From Planctomycetota bacterium (lineage in GTDB: Bacteria; Planctomycetota; B15-G4; JADJEK01), in the NCBI GenBank assembly GCA_016213895.1, contig JACQZJ010000009.1, positions 10,246 to 74,245 on the forward strand: a DNA stretch of 64,000 nucleotides, read 5' to 3'. Made by a program: the position numbers and the translations under genes. Below are positions 55,799 through 64,000 of this stretch, piece by piece. Position 1 is the stretch's first letter. Each line of letters opens with the position of its first letter. The notes under the pieces are model-generated. The model made no database searches and had not been told where the DNA came from. It worked only from the letters and a program-made list of their open reading frames with translations.

Positions 55799-58075
55799 AT
55801 GACGGACCACCTGCGGCGGCTCGCAGCCTGGAAGGCCAGTGCGCTGGTCGCGGCCTTGCTCCTCGCCGCGCAAGCGGCAGCCCAGGACGTCGAGTTCAAG
55901 GGCGACAAGATCTCCATCCAGTTCGACGAGGTCGAGGGCACGCCGCTTGCCGACTTCATCTCCTTGTGCAAGGAGATCACGGGCAAGCAGCTCACCTACA
56001 CCACCGCGGACGCCAAGGAAGTAGCCCTGCGCTTCATCGGCAAGAAGGAACTGGATCGCGAGCAGTTCTGGCCGTACTTCCAGGCCGTGCTCAAGGCGCA
56101 CGACTTCCTCGTGGTCCCGTACGGCAACAGCGGCGCGCCCAACCGGCCGCTCGAGGGTCCGGACACGGGCTTCTTCGCCATCCGCCGCGCCTCGGGCGGA
56201 ACGGCCACGGCCAAGCCGGGCTACATCAAGTCGCAGGCGCCCGTGGTCTCGCTCGAGCAGCTCGAGGCCTTCAAGTACGACCCGGGCATCGTCCTGACCA
56301 CGTCCTTCACCCTGAAGTACGTGAACGTCCAGGACGCCATGAACATGCTGCAGTCGTACTTCATGGACCCGATGCTCGAGAGCGTGCGCGCCGTGGGAAC
56401 TTCCAGCTCCCTGGTCGCGACCGGCTTCGCGCAGACCCTCTACGGCATCAAGCAGCTCATCGAGCTGATCGACACCAAGCCCGACGAGCTGACCCCGCAG
56501 TTCGCCAAGGTCGAACTCGATTTCGCCGTGGCCGAGGAGATCCAGCCGATCATCAAGGAGCTGATCGACGCCGAGCGCGGCCTTGGCCCCTCCGGCCAGC
56601 GCGTGCAGCAGGGCGGCGCCGGCGTGCTGCCGCCCGGCATGCAGGAGATCGAGCCGCAGGTCTCGGCCGACCCGCGCACCAACTCGCTCCTGGTCATCGC
56701 CGCGGCCACGACCATGGACAGGATCCTGAACTTCATCCGCGCGCTCGACGTGGACGTCGACCCGCGCGGCGACACGCACGTCTACCGGCTGAAGAACAGC
56801 GCCGCCAAGGACCTGGAGGAGATCCTGAGCGAATGGGCGCAGAACAGCGGCAGCTCCACGACCGGCGGCGGCGGCACGGCCGCGGGCGGCCAGGCCGGGA
56901 CCACCCAGGGCACGCTCGAGCAGCCGGTCACCGTGGTCGCGGACGAGTTCTCCAACTCCCTGATCATCAGCGCCTCCAAGAGCCGCTACGCCCAGATCCT
57001 GGAGATCGTGAAGACGCTCGACATGCGCCGCCGCCAGGTGCTGATCGAGACCGCCCTGGTGGAGATCAGCGGCACCATGGCCGAGCGGCTCGGCGTGGAG
57101 CTGGGCTATGTCTCGGTGGACGAGACACCGACTAGCGGCACGAACCGCGGCTTCGGAGTCAGCTCGTTCGGCCTCTCGGATCTGATCGACACGGACGCGG
57201 ACAACATCGTCGACACCCGGGTCCCGCTCGGCTGGGGAGAGGAGGGCAGTCCCCTGCCCGGCATCCAGACCGGCATCTTCTCGGGCGAGGACTTCGCCTT
57301 GCCGGCGCTCCTCCACGCGCTCAAGCCCACGAGCGACGTCAACGTGCTGTCCATGCCCTCCATCCTGGTGAACGACAACGAGGAGGCGGTCATCAGCTCG
57401 ACCGACGAGCGCCCGACCTTCAACGTCAGCCAAGGCCAGAACTCGGATCAGACCTCGTTCAACGACTTCGAGGAGGCGGGCATCACGCTCAACATCTCGC
57501 CCTCCATCAGCGCCGGCAACTACCTCAGGCTGATGGTCAAGCTCGAGGTCTCGACCTTCACCGATCCCGAGGGCAACCCGCCGCCCAAGGCCACGCGCAT
57601 GATGGATACGAGCGTCACCCTGCCGGACGGCCACACCATGGTGGTCGGCGGCATCGTGGCGGACGACGAGCGGGACAGCGAGGACATGATCCCCTGGCTC
57701 GGCGAGCTGCCGCTCTTCGGCTGGCTGTTCAAGAGCAGCTCCAACCAGGGCAACACCACCAACCTGTACGTGTTCATCACCCCGCACATCATCAGCGACG
57801 ACTTTGCAACGCTCGACGAGCTCTCCTATCTGAAGAAGAAGGAGATGGAGGCCCTGAACGGCAAGATCCAGATCGTGGACTCCGATTGGGACCGCGACAA
57901 CGCCGATACCAGGGTGCTGGACGCGGGCGTGTCCGGCGTGTTCGACCTGCCCGCGTACGCCAGCCCGCCGGGCGGCGAGGCGCCCGACCAGGCGGCGCCC
58001 GCCGAGGTCGAGGAGAACAAGATCCCCAGCCAGTACGGCGAGCTGCCGCCGGCCGGGGCGGAGGACGGAGGCTAG
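55799..58075 (+). CDS. gspD: Type II secretion system secretin GspD
   Basis: Signal peptide ..ALVAALLLAAQAAAQD. N-domains. C-terminal secretin block VLSMPSILVNDNEEA..GHTMVVGGIV..IPWLGELPLFGWLFKS..TNLYVFITPHII. Confidence 0.9.
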   Translation: MTDHLRRLAAWKASALVAALLLAAQAAAQDVEFKGDKISIQFDEVEGTPLADFISLCKEITGKQLTYTTADAKEVALRFIGKKELDREQFWPYFQAVLKAHDFLVVPYGNSGAPNRPLEGPDTGFFAIRRASGGTATAKPGYIKSQAPVVSLEQLEAFKYDPGIVLTTSFTLKYVNVQDAMNMLQSYFMDPMLESVRAVGTSSSLVATGFAQTLYGIKQLIELIDTKPDELTPQFAKVELDFAVAEEIQPIIKELIDAERGLGPSGQRVQQGGAGVLPPGMQEIEPQVSADPRTNSLLVIAAATTMDRILNFIRALDVDVDPRGDTHVYRLKNSAAKDLEEILSEWAQNSGSSTTGGGGTAAGGQAGTTQGTLEQPVTVVADEFSNSLIISASKSRYAQILEIVKTLDMRRRQVLIETALVEISGTMAERLGVELGYVSVDETPTSGTNRGFGVSSFGLSDLIDTDADNIVDTRVPLGWGEEGSPLPGIQTGIFSGEDFALPALLHALKPTSDVNVLSMPSILVNDNEEAVISSTDERPTFNVSQGQNSDQTSFNDFEEAGITLNISPSISAGNYLRLMVKLEVSTFTDPEGNPPPKATRMMDTSVTLPDGHTMVVGGIVADDERDSEDMIPWLGELPLFGWLFKSSSNQGNTTNLYVFITPHIISDDFATLDELSYLKKKEMEALNGKIQIVDSDWDRDNADTRVLDAGVSGVFDLPAYASPPGGEAPDQAAPAEVEENKIPSQYGELPPAGAEDGG

Positions 58076-59787
58076 TGCGCGACCTCATCGTGCAGAAGCT
58101 GGCCGAGGCCGGCGACCTGAGCGAGGACCGGATCCGCGAGCTGGAGAAGCTCGAGAAGGAGACCGGCCAGACCATCGACCGCCTGGTCCTGCAGAAGGGG
58201 TACGTGCACGAGGCGGAGATCCTCAAGGTCCTGGGCGAGGTCATGGGATTCGAGGTGCGCGCCGACCTGCGCGACGAGACGGTCCCCAAGGCCTTCGTCG
58301 ATCGCGTTCCGGTGCAGTTCGCGCGCAACTACAACCTGGTCGCCCTGGGGGACATGAACGGCACCATGACGGTGGCCACCTGCGCCCCGCTCGACGTTCA
58401 CCCCATGGACGACCTGGCCTCGATGCTCGGGGTGGACGTCGAGCCCGTGCTCTCTCCCAAGGCGGAGATCACCTCGCTCATCAACCGCGCCTACAAGGCC
58501 AAGTCGGACGTGGTCGGCGAGGCGCTCGACAACCTCACGGAGGAGGACATCTCGTCTCTGGCGGCCGAGGTGCAGGAAGGCGAGGACATCCTCAACGTCG
58601 CCAACAAGGCCCCGATCATCAAGCTGGTGAACATGATCCTGTTCAACGCGCTGAAGATGCGGGTGTCCGACGTCCACCTCCAGCCCTACCCCGACCGCCT
58701 GCAGATCCGCTACCGCGTGGACGGCATCCTCTACGACATGGAGTCGGCGCCGAAGAAGGTCCAGGAGGCGATCATCTCGCGCGTCAAGATCATGGGCAAG
58801 ATGGACATCGCCGAGCGGCGCCTGCCCCAGGACGGCCGCGCCTCCCTGAAGCTCGGCGAGGGCGAGGTGGACGTGCGCATCTCGTCCATCCCCAGCTCCT
58901 ACGGCGAGCGCGTGGTCCTGCGCCTCCTCGACAAGACCTCCAAGGTCTACAAGCTCGAGGAGATCGGCATGGACGCCGAGAACCTCAAGACCTTCCGGCG
59001 CTACATCAGCTACACGCACGGCATCATCCTCGTGACCGGGCCGACCGGCTCGGGCAAGACCACGACGCTCTACGCCGCCATGGCCGAGATGAACGGCCAC
59101 GAGAAGAACATCCTGACCATCGAGGACCCGATCGAGTACAACCTCGACGGCATCTCCCAGGTCCAGGTGAACGTCAAGAAGGGGCTGACCTTCGCCGCCG
59201 GCCTGCGCTCCTTCCTGCGCCAGGACCCGGACGTCATGTTCGTGGGCGAGGTGCGCGACAAGGAGACCGCGGAGATCTCGATCCGCGCCGCCCTCACCGG
59301 CCACCTGGTGTTCTCGACGGTGCACACCAACGACTCCGCCTCGTCGGTGACGCGCCTCCTCGACATCGGCATCGAGCCGTACCTCGTCGCCTCCTCCGTG
59401 CTGGTTGTGATCGCCCAGCGCCTGGTGCGCCTGATCTGCCCCAAGTGCCGCGAGCAGGTCGTGCCCGACCAGCCGACGCGCATGAAGCTCGAGGAGGCCG
59501 GCCTGCCGCTCGACCGCTTCCCGGACGGCAAGATCTGGACCGGCCGCGGCTGCGACTACTGCTTCAACTCCGGCTACGTCGACCGCACCGCCATCTACGA
59601 GGTGCTGCCGATCGACGACGCCATGAAGGAGCAGATCATGGAGCACGAGTCCGCCACCACGATCAAGCGCACGGCCATGGAGCGCGGCGCAATGACCACG
59701 CTGCGCGCCGACGGCCTGCAGAAGGTCCTGCGCGGGCGGACGACCATCGACGAGGTCATGCGCGTCACCCAGCTCGACGTGGGATAG
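58075..59787 (+). CDS. gspE: Type II secretion ATPase GspE
   Basis: GTG 58075 shares a base with the gspD TAG. GPTGSGKTTTLYA (Walker A), DPDVMFVGEVRD, tetra-Cys CPKC..GCDYC. Confidence 0.9.
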   Translation: MRDLIVQKLAEAGDLSEDRIRELEKLEKETGQTIDRLVLQKGYVHEAEILKVLGEVMGFEVRADLRDETVPKAFVDRVPVQFARNYNLVALGDMNGTMTVATCAPLDVHPMDDLASMLGVDVEPVLSPKAEITSLINRAYKAKSDVVGEALDNLTEEDISSLAAEVQEGEDILNVANKAPIIKLVNMILFNALKMRVSDVHLQPYPDRLQIRYRVDGILYDMESAPKKVQEAIISRVKIMGKMDIAERRLPQDGRASLKLGEGEVDVRISSIPSSYGERVVLRLLDKTSKVYKLEEIGMDAENLKTFRRYISYTHGIILVTGPTGSGKTTTLYAAMAEMNGHEKNILTIEDPIEYNLDGISQVQVNVKKGLTFAAGLRSFLRQDPDVMFVGEVRDKETAEISIRAALTGHLVFSTVHTNDSASSVTRLLDIGIEPYLVASSVLVVIAQRLVRLICPKCREQVVPDQPTRMKLEEAGLPLDRFPDGKIWTGRGCDYCFNSGYVDRTAIYEVLPIDDAMKEQIMEHESATTIKRTAMERGAMTTLRADGLQKVLRGRTTIDEVMRVTQLDVG

Positions 59788-59793
59788 CGAGCG

Positions 59794-61008
59794 ATGCCCG
59801 TCTACGAATACAAGGCGTTCAACGAGGCGGGCCAGAGCAAGACCGGCATCTGCGACGCCGACACCGCGCGCGAGGCGCGCGAGAGGCTCCGGCGCGACAA
59901 GTTCCACGTCGTCGCGCTGAAGCAGGTCAAGCAGGCCGAGGAAGGCTCGCGCTTCTCGGTCGGCGCCTTCTTCAAGCGCAAGAAGAGGACCGGCGAGCTG
60001 GCCATGGTGACGCGCCAGTTCGCCACCCTGCTCGAGTCGGGCATCCCCATGGCCGAGGCGCTGCGCGCGCTCACCGAGCAGATCCACGCGCGCGGCCTCG
60101 AGACCACCTTCCGCAACATCCGCGAGAAGATCACCGGCGGCGCCTCGCTGGCCGAGGCGCTCGGCCACTACCCGGCCTACTTCGACGACCTCTACGTGAA
60201 CATGGTCAAGGCCGGCGAGGCGGCGGGCAACGTCGACCTGGTGCTCAAGCGCCTCTCCGAGTACCTGCTCAAGCAGAACCAGCTGCGCAACAAGGTGGGC
60301 GCGGCCCTCATGTACCCCATGGTCATGGTCGGCGTGGGCGTGACCGTGGTGTCCGTGCTCATGGCCTTCGTCGTGCCGAAGATCGTCGAGCTGGTCAAGG
60401 CGCGCGGCGAGGACCTGCCGCTCCCCACGCAGATCCTGATCTTCAGCTCGAGCTTCCTGCGCAGCTACTGGTACCTGCTGGTGCTCGCCGCCATCGCCCT
60501 CTCGGCGGCGTTCGGCGCCGTGCGCCGCACGCCGGGCGGGCGCCTGGCCGTGGACCGCTTCCTGCTCGGCATGCCGATCTTCGGCGACCTCTTCACCAAG
60601 CAGGCTGTCTCGCGCTTCGCCACGACCTTCTCCACGTTGCTCGCGTCCGGCGTGACCGTGCTCGAGTGCCTGCTCATCGTCAAGAACGTGGTCAACAACG
60701 CGGTCATCGCCAACGTGCTGGACGACGTACATGACCGCATCATGGAGGGCGCCGACATCTCGACGCCCATCAAGAACAGCAAGGTCTTCCCGCCGGCCGT
60801 GGGCTACATGGTGTCCGTCGGCGAGCAGTCCGGCCAGCTCGAGGAGATCCTCTCGCGCCTGGCCGCGACCTACGACGAGGAGATCGACATCGCGGTGCAG
60901 AAGATGACGGCGGTGCTGGAGCCGGTCCTGATCCTGAGCATGGCGGTCGTGGTGGCGTTCATCGTCATCTCGATCCTGCTGCCCATGCTCCAGCTCTCCA
61001 ACATCTGA
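59794..61008 (+). CDS. gspF: Type II secretion inner-membrane platform protein GspF
   Basis: Two T2SS-F repeats (..FATLLESGIPMAEAL.. and ..FSTLLASGVTVLECL..) and three TM segments. 404 aa. Confidence 0.9.
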   Translation: MPVYEYKAFNEAGQSKTGICDADTAREARERLRRDKFHVVALKQVKQAEEGSRFSVGAFFKRKKRTGELAMVTRQFATLLESGIPMAEALRALTEQIHARGLETTFRNIREKITGGASLAEALGHYPAYFDDLYVNMVKAGEAAGNVDLVLKRLSEYLLKQNQLRNKVGAALMYPMVMVGVGVTVVSVLMAFVVPKIVELVKARGEDLPLPTQILIFSSSFLRSYWYLLVLAAIALSAAFGAVRRTPGGRLAVDRFLLGMPIFGDLFTKQAVSRFATTFSTLLASGVTVLECLLIVKNVVNNAVIANVLDDVHDRIMEGADISTPIKNSKVFPPAVGYMVSVGEQSGQLEEILSRLAATYDEEIDIAVQKMTAVLEPVLILSMAVVVAFIVISILLPMLQLSNI

Positions 61009-61074
61009 AAGGCCGCATGGGATATGATAGTGTTGCACAGTGGGGAAGATGGAGCGAAGTTGCCGGAGGCAGTC

Positions 61075-61503
61075 ATGCCAAGAGAACCAGTTCGAAGCCG
61101 CGGCTTCTCCCTCATGGAGCTGATGGTGGTGATCGCGATCCTGGGGATCCTCTCCACGATCGTCGTCAGGAACGTCATGCCCCTGCTCGACAAGGGGAAG
61201 ATCAACGCCACCAGGGCCAGCATCGAGGCCCTGAAGAGCGCCGTGAACAACTACTACATGAACAACAATCGGCTGCCCGACACGATCGAGCTCGTGACCC
61301 AGCCCGATCCCAAGAACCTGGACGAGCCCTACATCGAAGACACGGGCGCGCTCTTCGATTCCTGGGAGAACCCCTTTGACTACAAGGTCGAAGGGGGGCG
61401 CAAGTTCGTGATCACGTCGTTCGGCGCCGACGGCATGCCGGGCGGCGAGGGCGTGGACGGGGACATCTCCTCCAAGGACATGAAGGACCCGACACCCAAG
61501 TAG
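61075..61503 (+). CDS. gspG: Type II secretion major pseudopilin GspG
   Basis: GGAGG lies 6 nt upstream of ATG 61075. SRGFSLMELMVVIAILGIL is a prepilin motif. DSWENPFDYKV and ITSFGADGMPGGEGVDGDI are the GspG core. Confidence 0.9.
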   Translation: MPREPVRSRGFSLMELMVVIAILGILSTIVVRNVMPLLDKGKINATRASIEALKSAVNNYYMNNNRLPDTIELVTQPDPKNLDEPYIEDTGALFDSWENPFDYKVEGGRKFVITSFGADGMPGGEGVDGDISSKDMKDPTPK

Positions 61504-61507
61504 CGCC

Positions 61508-62080
61508 GTGGATAGCGCGGAAACGACATCGTCCTCGGCCGCGCGGCGCGGCATGACCCTCGTCGAACTGGTGGTCGTCGTGGGCCTGATCGGCGTCATG
61601 TTCGGCGTGGTCTTTCTGCGCCTGGACACGCTGCTTCCCACGAGCCGGCTGAAGAGCAGCGCGCGCAAGCTCGGCAGCCACGTGGAGCAGGCCTTCAACC
61701 ACGCGGTGGTCTCCGGGCGCCAGATCCGCTTCGAGTACGACATCGGCGCGGGCGCCTACCGCTTCTTCTTCCCCTTCGAGCTGGAAGAGGACGGGATCAC
61801 CATCAAGGGCGAGGGCGAGACGCCGCTCCTCGACTGGGAGTACCTGGCGGACACGATCCGCATCCAGGACGTGCGCCTCGGCGAGGGGGACCTGATCACC
61901 TCGGGCCAGGTCTTCGTCACCTTCGAGCCGCGCGGCATCGCCACCGGCCACGTCGTGCATCTCACCAAGGAGGGTTCGGAGAGCTTCTATTCGGTGCTGG
62001 TCAGTCCGCTGCTCGGCTACGTCGACGTGGCCAGCGGCTACGTGGACACGGACGTCCTCGAAGATGAAAACGCCTTCTGA
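61508..62080 (+). CDS. Minor pseudopilin, GspH-like
   Basis: GTG 61508. RRGMTLVELVVVVGLIGVMFGVV is a prepilin-type N-terminus. 190 aa. It lies directly after gspG. Confidence 0.7.
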   Translation: MDSAETTSSSAARRGMTLVELVVVVGLIGVMFGVVFLRLDTLLPTSRLKSSARKLGSHVEQAFNHAVVSGRQIRFEYDIGAGAYRFFFPFELEEDGITIKGEGETPLLDWEYLADTIRIQDVRLGEGDLITSGQVFVTFEPRGIATGHVVHLTKEGSESFYSVLVSPLLGYVDVASGYVDTDVLEDENAF

Positions 62081-62600
62081 GCGCGCGTTCACGCTCCTGG
62101 AGATCATGCTGACCATCGCCCTGGTCGCGGTGGCCATCGTCCCGATGCTGCGCATCCGCGAACAGTGCACGCGCCAGTCCTACCAGGCGCGCAACGCCAA
62201 CCTGGCGCGCATGCTGGCGCGCGAGCTGATGTCGGAGATCGAGTTCCACGGCCTCGATCAGATCAGCGGCCAGATCGACGGCTATCCCGGCTTCTCCTAC
62301 GAGGCGGAGATCCAAGAGGTCGACCTCATCACCGGCAAGGACGAGCAAGAGGACGAGGAGAAGGACGACCCGTTCAACTCGTCGCGCGACTCGACCTACC
62401 AGCCGGCCGACGCGGTCTGGGCCGCGGATCGCGAAGAGGAGAAGGAGAACCAGGAATACCCCGCGCGGCGCGTGCGGCTGACGCTCTTCTATCCGAACGT
62501 CGCCCGAGACGCCTCCGAGGAGCCGCTCAAGCTCGTGATCGAGACCCTGTTCGCGCCCCTCCCCGAGGAGGACAGCGCCTTCGCCAACAGGAACACCTGA
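62064..62600 (+). CDS. Minor pseudopilin, GspI-like
   Basis: ERAFTLLEIMLTIALVAVAIVPML is a prepilin motif. 178 aa with an acidic insert. It overlaps the preceding gene by 17 nt. Confidence 0.7.
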   Translation: MKTPSERAFTLLEIMLTIALVAVAIVPMLRIREQCTRQSYQARNANLARMLARELMSEIEFHGLDQISGQIDGYPGFSYEAEIQEVDLITGKDEQEDEEKDDPFNSSRDSTYQPADAVWAADREEEKENQEYPARRVRLTLFYPNVARDASEEPLKLVIETLFAPLPEEDSAFANRNT

Positions 62601-62611
62601 CGAGGACCGCC

Positions 62612-63562
62612 ATGCGCCGTTTCCCTGCTCTTTCCTCCCGCGGCTTCACCCTCCTCGAGGTGACCGTCACCCTCGCCCTCATCGGGGCGATCATGGCGAC
62701 CATTTACGCGGTGCTCTACGGCACGCTCAACCAGAAGCGCACCATCGAGGTCAAGGTGCAGAGCTCGCGCATCGGCCCGCTGCTGCTCGACCAGATCGAG
62801 CGCGACCTGCGCCAGACCTTCGCCTACAACCTGGCGCACGGCGCGGTCTTCAAGGGCGAGGACAACCGCATCGCCGGCCAGGACGCCGACAAGTTCTCCC
62901 TGGTCGCGCAGACGCCTTCCACGTCCGCGCTGGTGGAAGGCGAGAAGCCGGTCTTCTCCGCGGTGAACGAGGTCGGCTACGCGCTGACGCAGAGCCCGGA
63001 GAACGCCGACTTCCTCATCCTCTGGCGCCGCGAGGACTACTTCGTCGACGACGAGCCGCTCGAGGGCGGCAAGGGCACGCCGCTCTACCGCCAGATCCGG
63101 GGCCTCGACGTCACCTACTACGAGTCGCTCGAGGAGGACGCCGACAAGCTCGAGAGCTGGGACTCCGAGGTCAAGGGGCGCCTGCCCGCGGCCATGGAGA
63201 TCCTGCTCAAGCTCGAAGTGGAGCCCAGAAGCAGCGGCGCGGCCCTGACGGCGCAGGAGCTGGAGCGCCGCGAGTACACCTACCGCCGCTGGATCACCTT
63301 TCCGACCGACCTGGAGCTGACCATGGCGGTCCGGCCCGCGCTGCCGGTGCCGCCGGGCGAGGAAGAGGATGACGGCGCGGGCGGCGCGGGGAGCGGCGAC
63401 GACGACGGCGGGGATGACGGAGACGGGGGCGACGGCACGGGCGGCCACGGCACGGGCGGCCATGGCACGGGCGGCGGGGGCTCGAGCACCACCACTATCG
63501 GCGGTCCGACGGGCGGATCGGGCGGCGGCGGCAGCTCGAGGCCCAAGGGCGGCAAGAAGTAG
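62612..63562 (+). CDS. Minor pseudopilin, GspJ-like, with Asp/Gly-rich C-terminal tail
   Basis: SSRGFTLLEVTVTLALIGAIMATIYAVL is a prepilin motif. 316 aa. The last ~70 aa are D/G/T low complexity. Confidence 0.7.
   Translation: MRRFPALSSRGFTLLEVTVTLALIGAIMATIYAVLYGTLNQKRTIEVKVQSSRIGPLLLDQIERDLRQTFAYNLAHGAVFKGEDNRIAGQDADKFSLVAQTPSTSALVEGEKPVFSAVNEVGYALTQSPENADFLILWRREDYFVDDEPLEGGKGTPLYRQIRGLDVTYYESLEEDADKLESWDSEVKGRLPAAMEILLKLEVEPRSSGAALTAQELERREYTYRRWITFPTDLELTMAVRPALPVPPGEEEDDGAGGAGSGDDDGGDDGDGGDGTGGHGTGGHGTGGGGSSTTTIGGPTGGSGGGGSSRPKGGKK
63434..63478. repeat. 15-bp tandem repeat x3 within the GspJ-like tail
   Basis: ggcacgggcggccac / ggcacgggcggccat / ggcacgggcggcggg. It encodes GTGGH-GTGGH-GTGGG. 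Confidence 0.7.
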
Positions 63563-63825
63563 GCCTGTCCTGACGTTTCTGTGGGTGCCGCCTTCGCGAG
63601 AATCGAGGATTCGAGAGGCACTCCGCTCCTCGGCGAGGCAGCCGAGGTGATGGGCTCCCGCGCACAGGGCGGCGGTCGGCGACGGATCCCAGAGCAGATC
63701 ACGCTCCGCCCGCGCAGGGGCGGACACTTCGACGCGGCCGGCGCCACCGCGCGGCGGTCCTCGCTGCCAACGCCGCGTCCATGCCCAAGCTCAAGCAATC
63801 CGCCTGAGAATCGTGGATTGCAGAT

Positions 63826-63848
63826 GAGCCTCTCCTGCCGAGAGGCTC
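63826..63848. terminator. Hairpin overlapping the serS stop (possible terminator between convergent gspJ-like and serS genes)
   Basis: GAGCCTCTC-ctgcc-GAGAGGCTC is a perfect 9-bp stem. There is no clear U-tract. Confidence 0.3.
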
Positions 63849-64000
63849 AGGGCCCCAGGCTCGCCCTGCCCCCGAGGTAGGGCCGGAGCGCCGCGGGCAG
63901 GTGCACCGAGCCGTCCTTCCGCTGGTGGCACTCGAGCAACGGGATGAGGATGCGCGGCGAGGCCGCGACCGTGTTGTTCAGCGTGAAGCAGAAGCGGTTC
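63847..64000 (-). CDS. serS: Seryl-tRNA synthetase, C-terminal end; 5' part lies outside the window
   Basis: The minus-strand translation NRFCFTLNNTVAASPRILIPLLECHQRKDGSVHLPAALRPYLGG matches the conserved SerRS C-terminus. Stop at 63847-63849. Confidence 0.8.
   Translation of the reverse strand, partial: NRFCFTLNNTVAASPRILIPLLECHQRKDGSVHLPAALRPYLGGRASLGP

Noticed and set aside
63563-63846. A missing gspK, a small gene or a tRNA in the 284-bp gap after the GspJ-like gene.
   Set aside because: Only GC-rich short hairpins and a loosely repeated GAGAATCGnGGATT motif are present. There is no prepilin-type ORF and no tRNA T-loop/acceptor pattern.

Overview
This is a very GC-rich, densely coding bacterial chromosomal segment. 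I call about 54 protein genes. I recognised no rRNA, tRNA, CRISPR array, transposase or integrase. Most long antisense ORFs in the track are high-GC shadow frames.

Housekeeping genes recognised by motif: rnpA-yidD, scpB, der, a frameshifted queE-like gene, an aminotransferase, pdxA, dnaK, rpiB, rpsU, ptsN, the 3' end of serS, an AMP-dependent ligase, an ABC-2/GldG-like/DUF4340 transporter set, and a MrfA/MrfB-like helicase-exonuclease pair.

The main feature is two loci related to the type II secretion system (T2SS).
- Locus 1 (55.8-63.6 kb, plus strand) is a conventional-looking gspD-E-F-G-H-I-J locus. It lacks K, L, M, C and a prepilin peptidase.
- Locus 2 (24.0-5.4 kb, minus strand) is an approximately 18.5 kb operon joined by stop/start overlaps. 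In order it encodes a double-FHA membrane protein, a GspL-like PilM/PilN fusion, a GspM/PilO-like protein and a 912-aa TPR protein. These are followed by a second set of prepilin-type proteins: G-like, H-like with a LamG head, a 1725-aa GspK-like giant, J-like and I-like. The operon ends with a secreted zinc-ribbon protein and a parvulin-like isomerase.
- Locus 2 is the best candidate for an undescribed system.
- An FHA-GAF-AAA+ regulator with a degenerate GAFTGA loop lies next to locus 2. A Ser/Thr kinase operon lies about 12 kb from it.

Other oddities:
- two ~117-bp direct repeats in a convergent intergenic region
- a TsaC-LMW-phosphatase fusion
- in-frame tandem repeats in scpB and in the GspJ-like tail

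The lineage is unknown. A 94-aa 'small basic protein' hints at a PVC-group relative, but this is weak.

All calls were made by eye from motifs, frames and hand-checked coordinates. No searches were run. Start codons are the least certain part.
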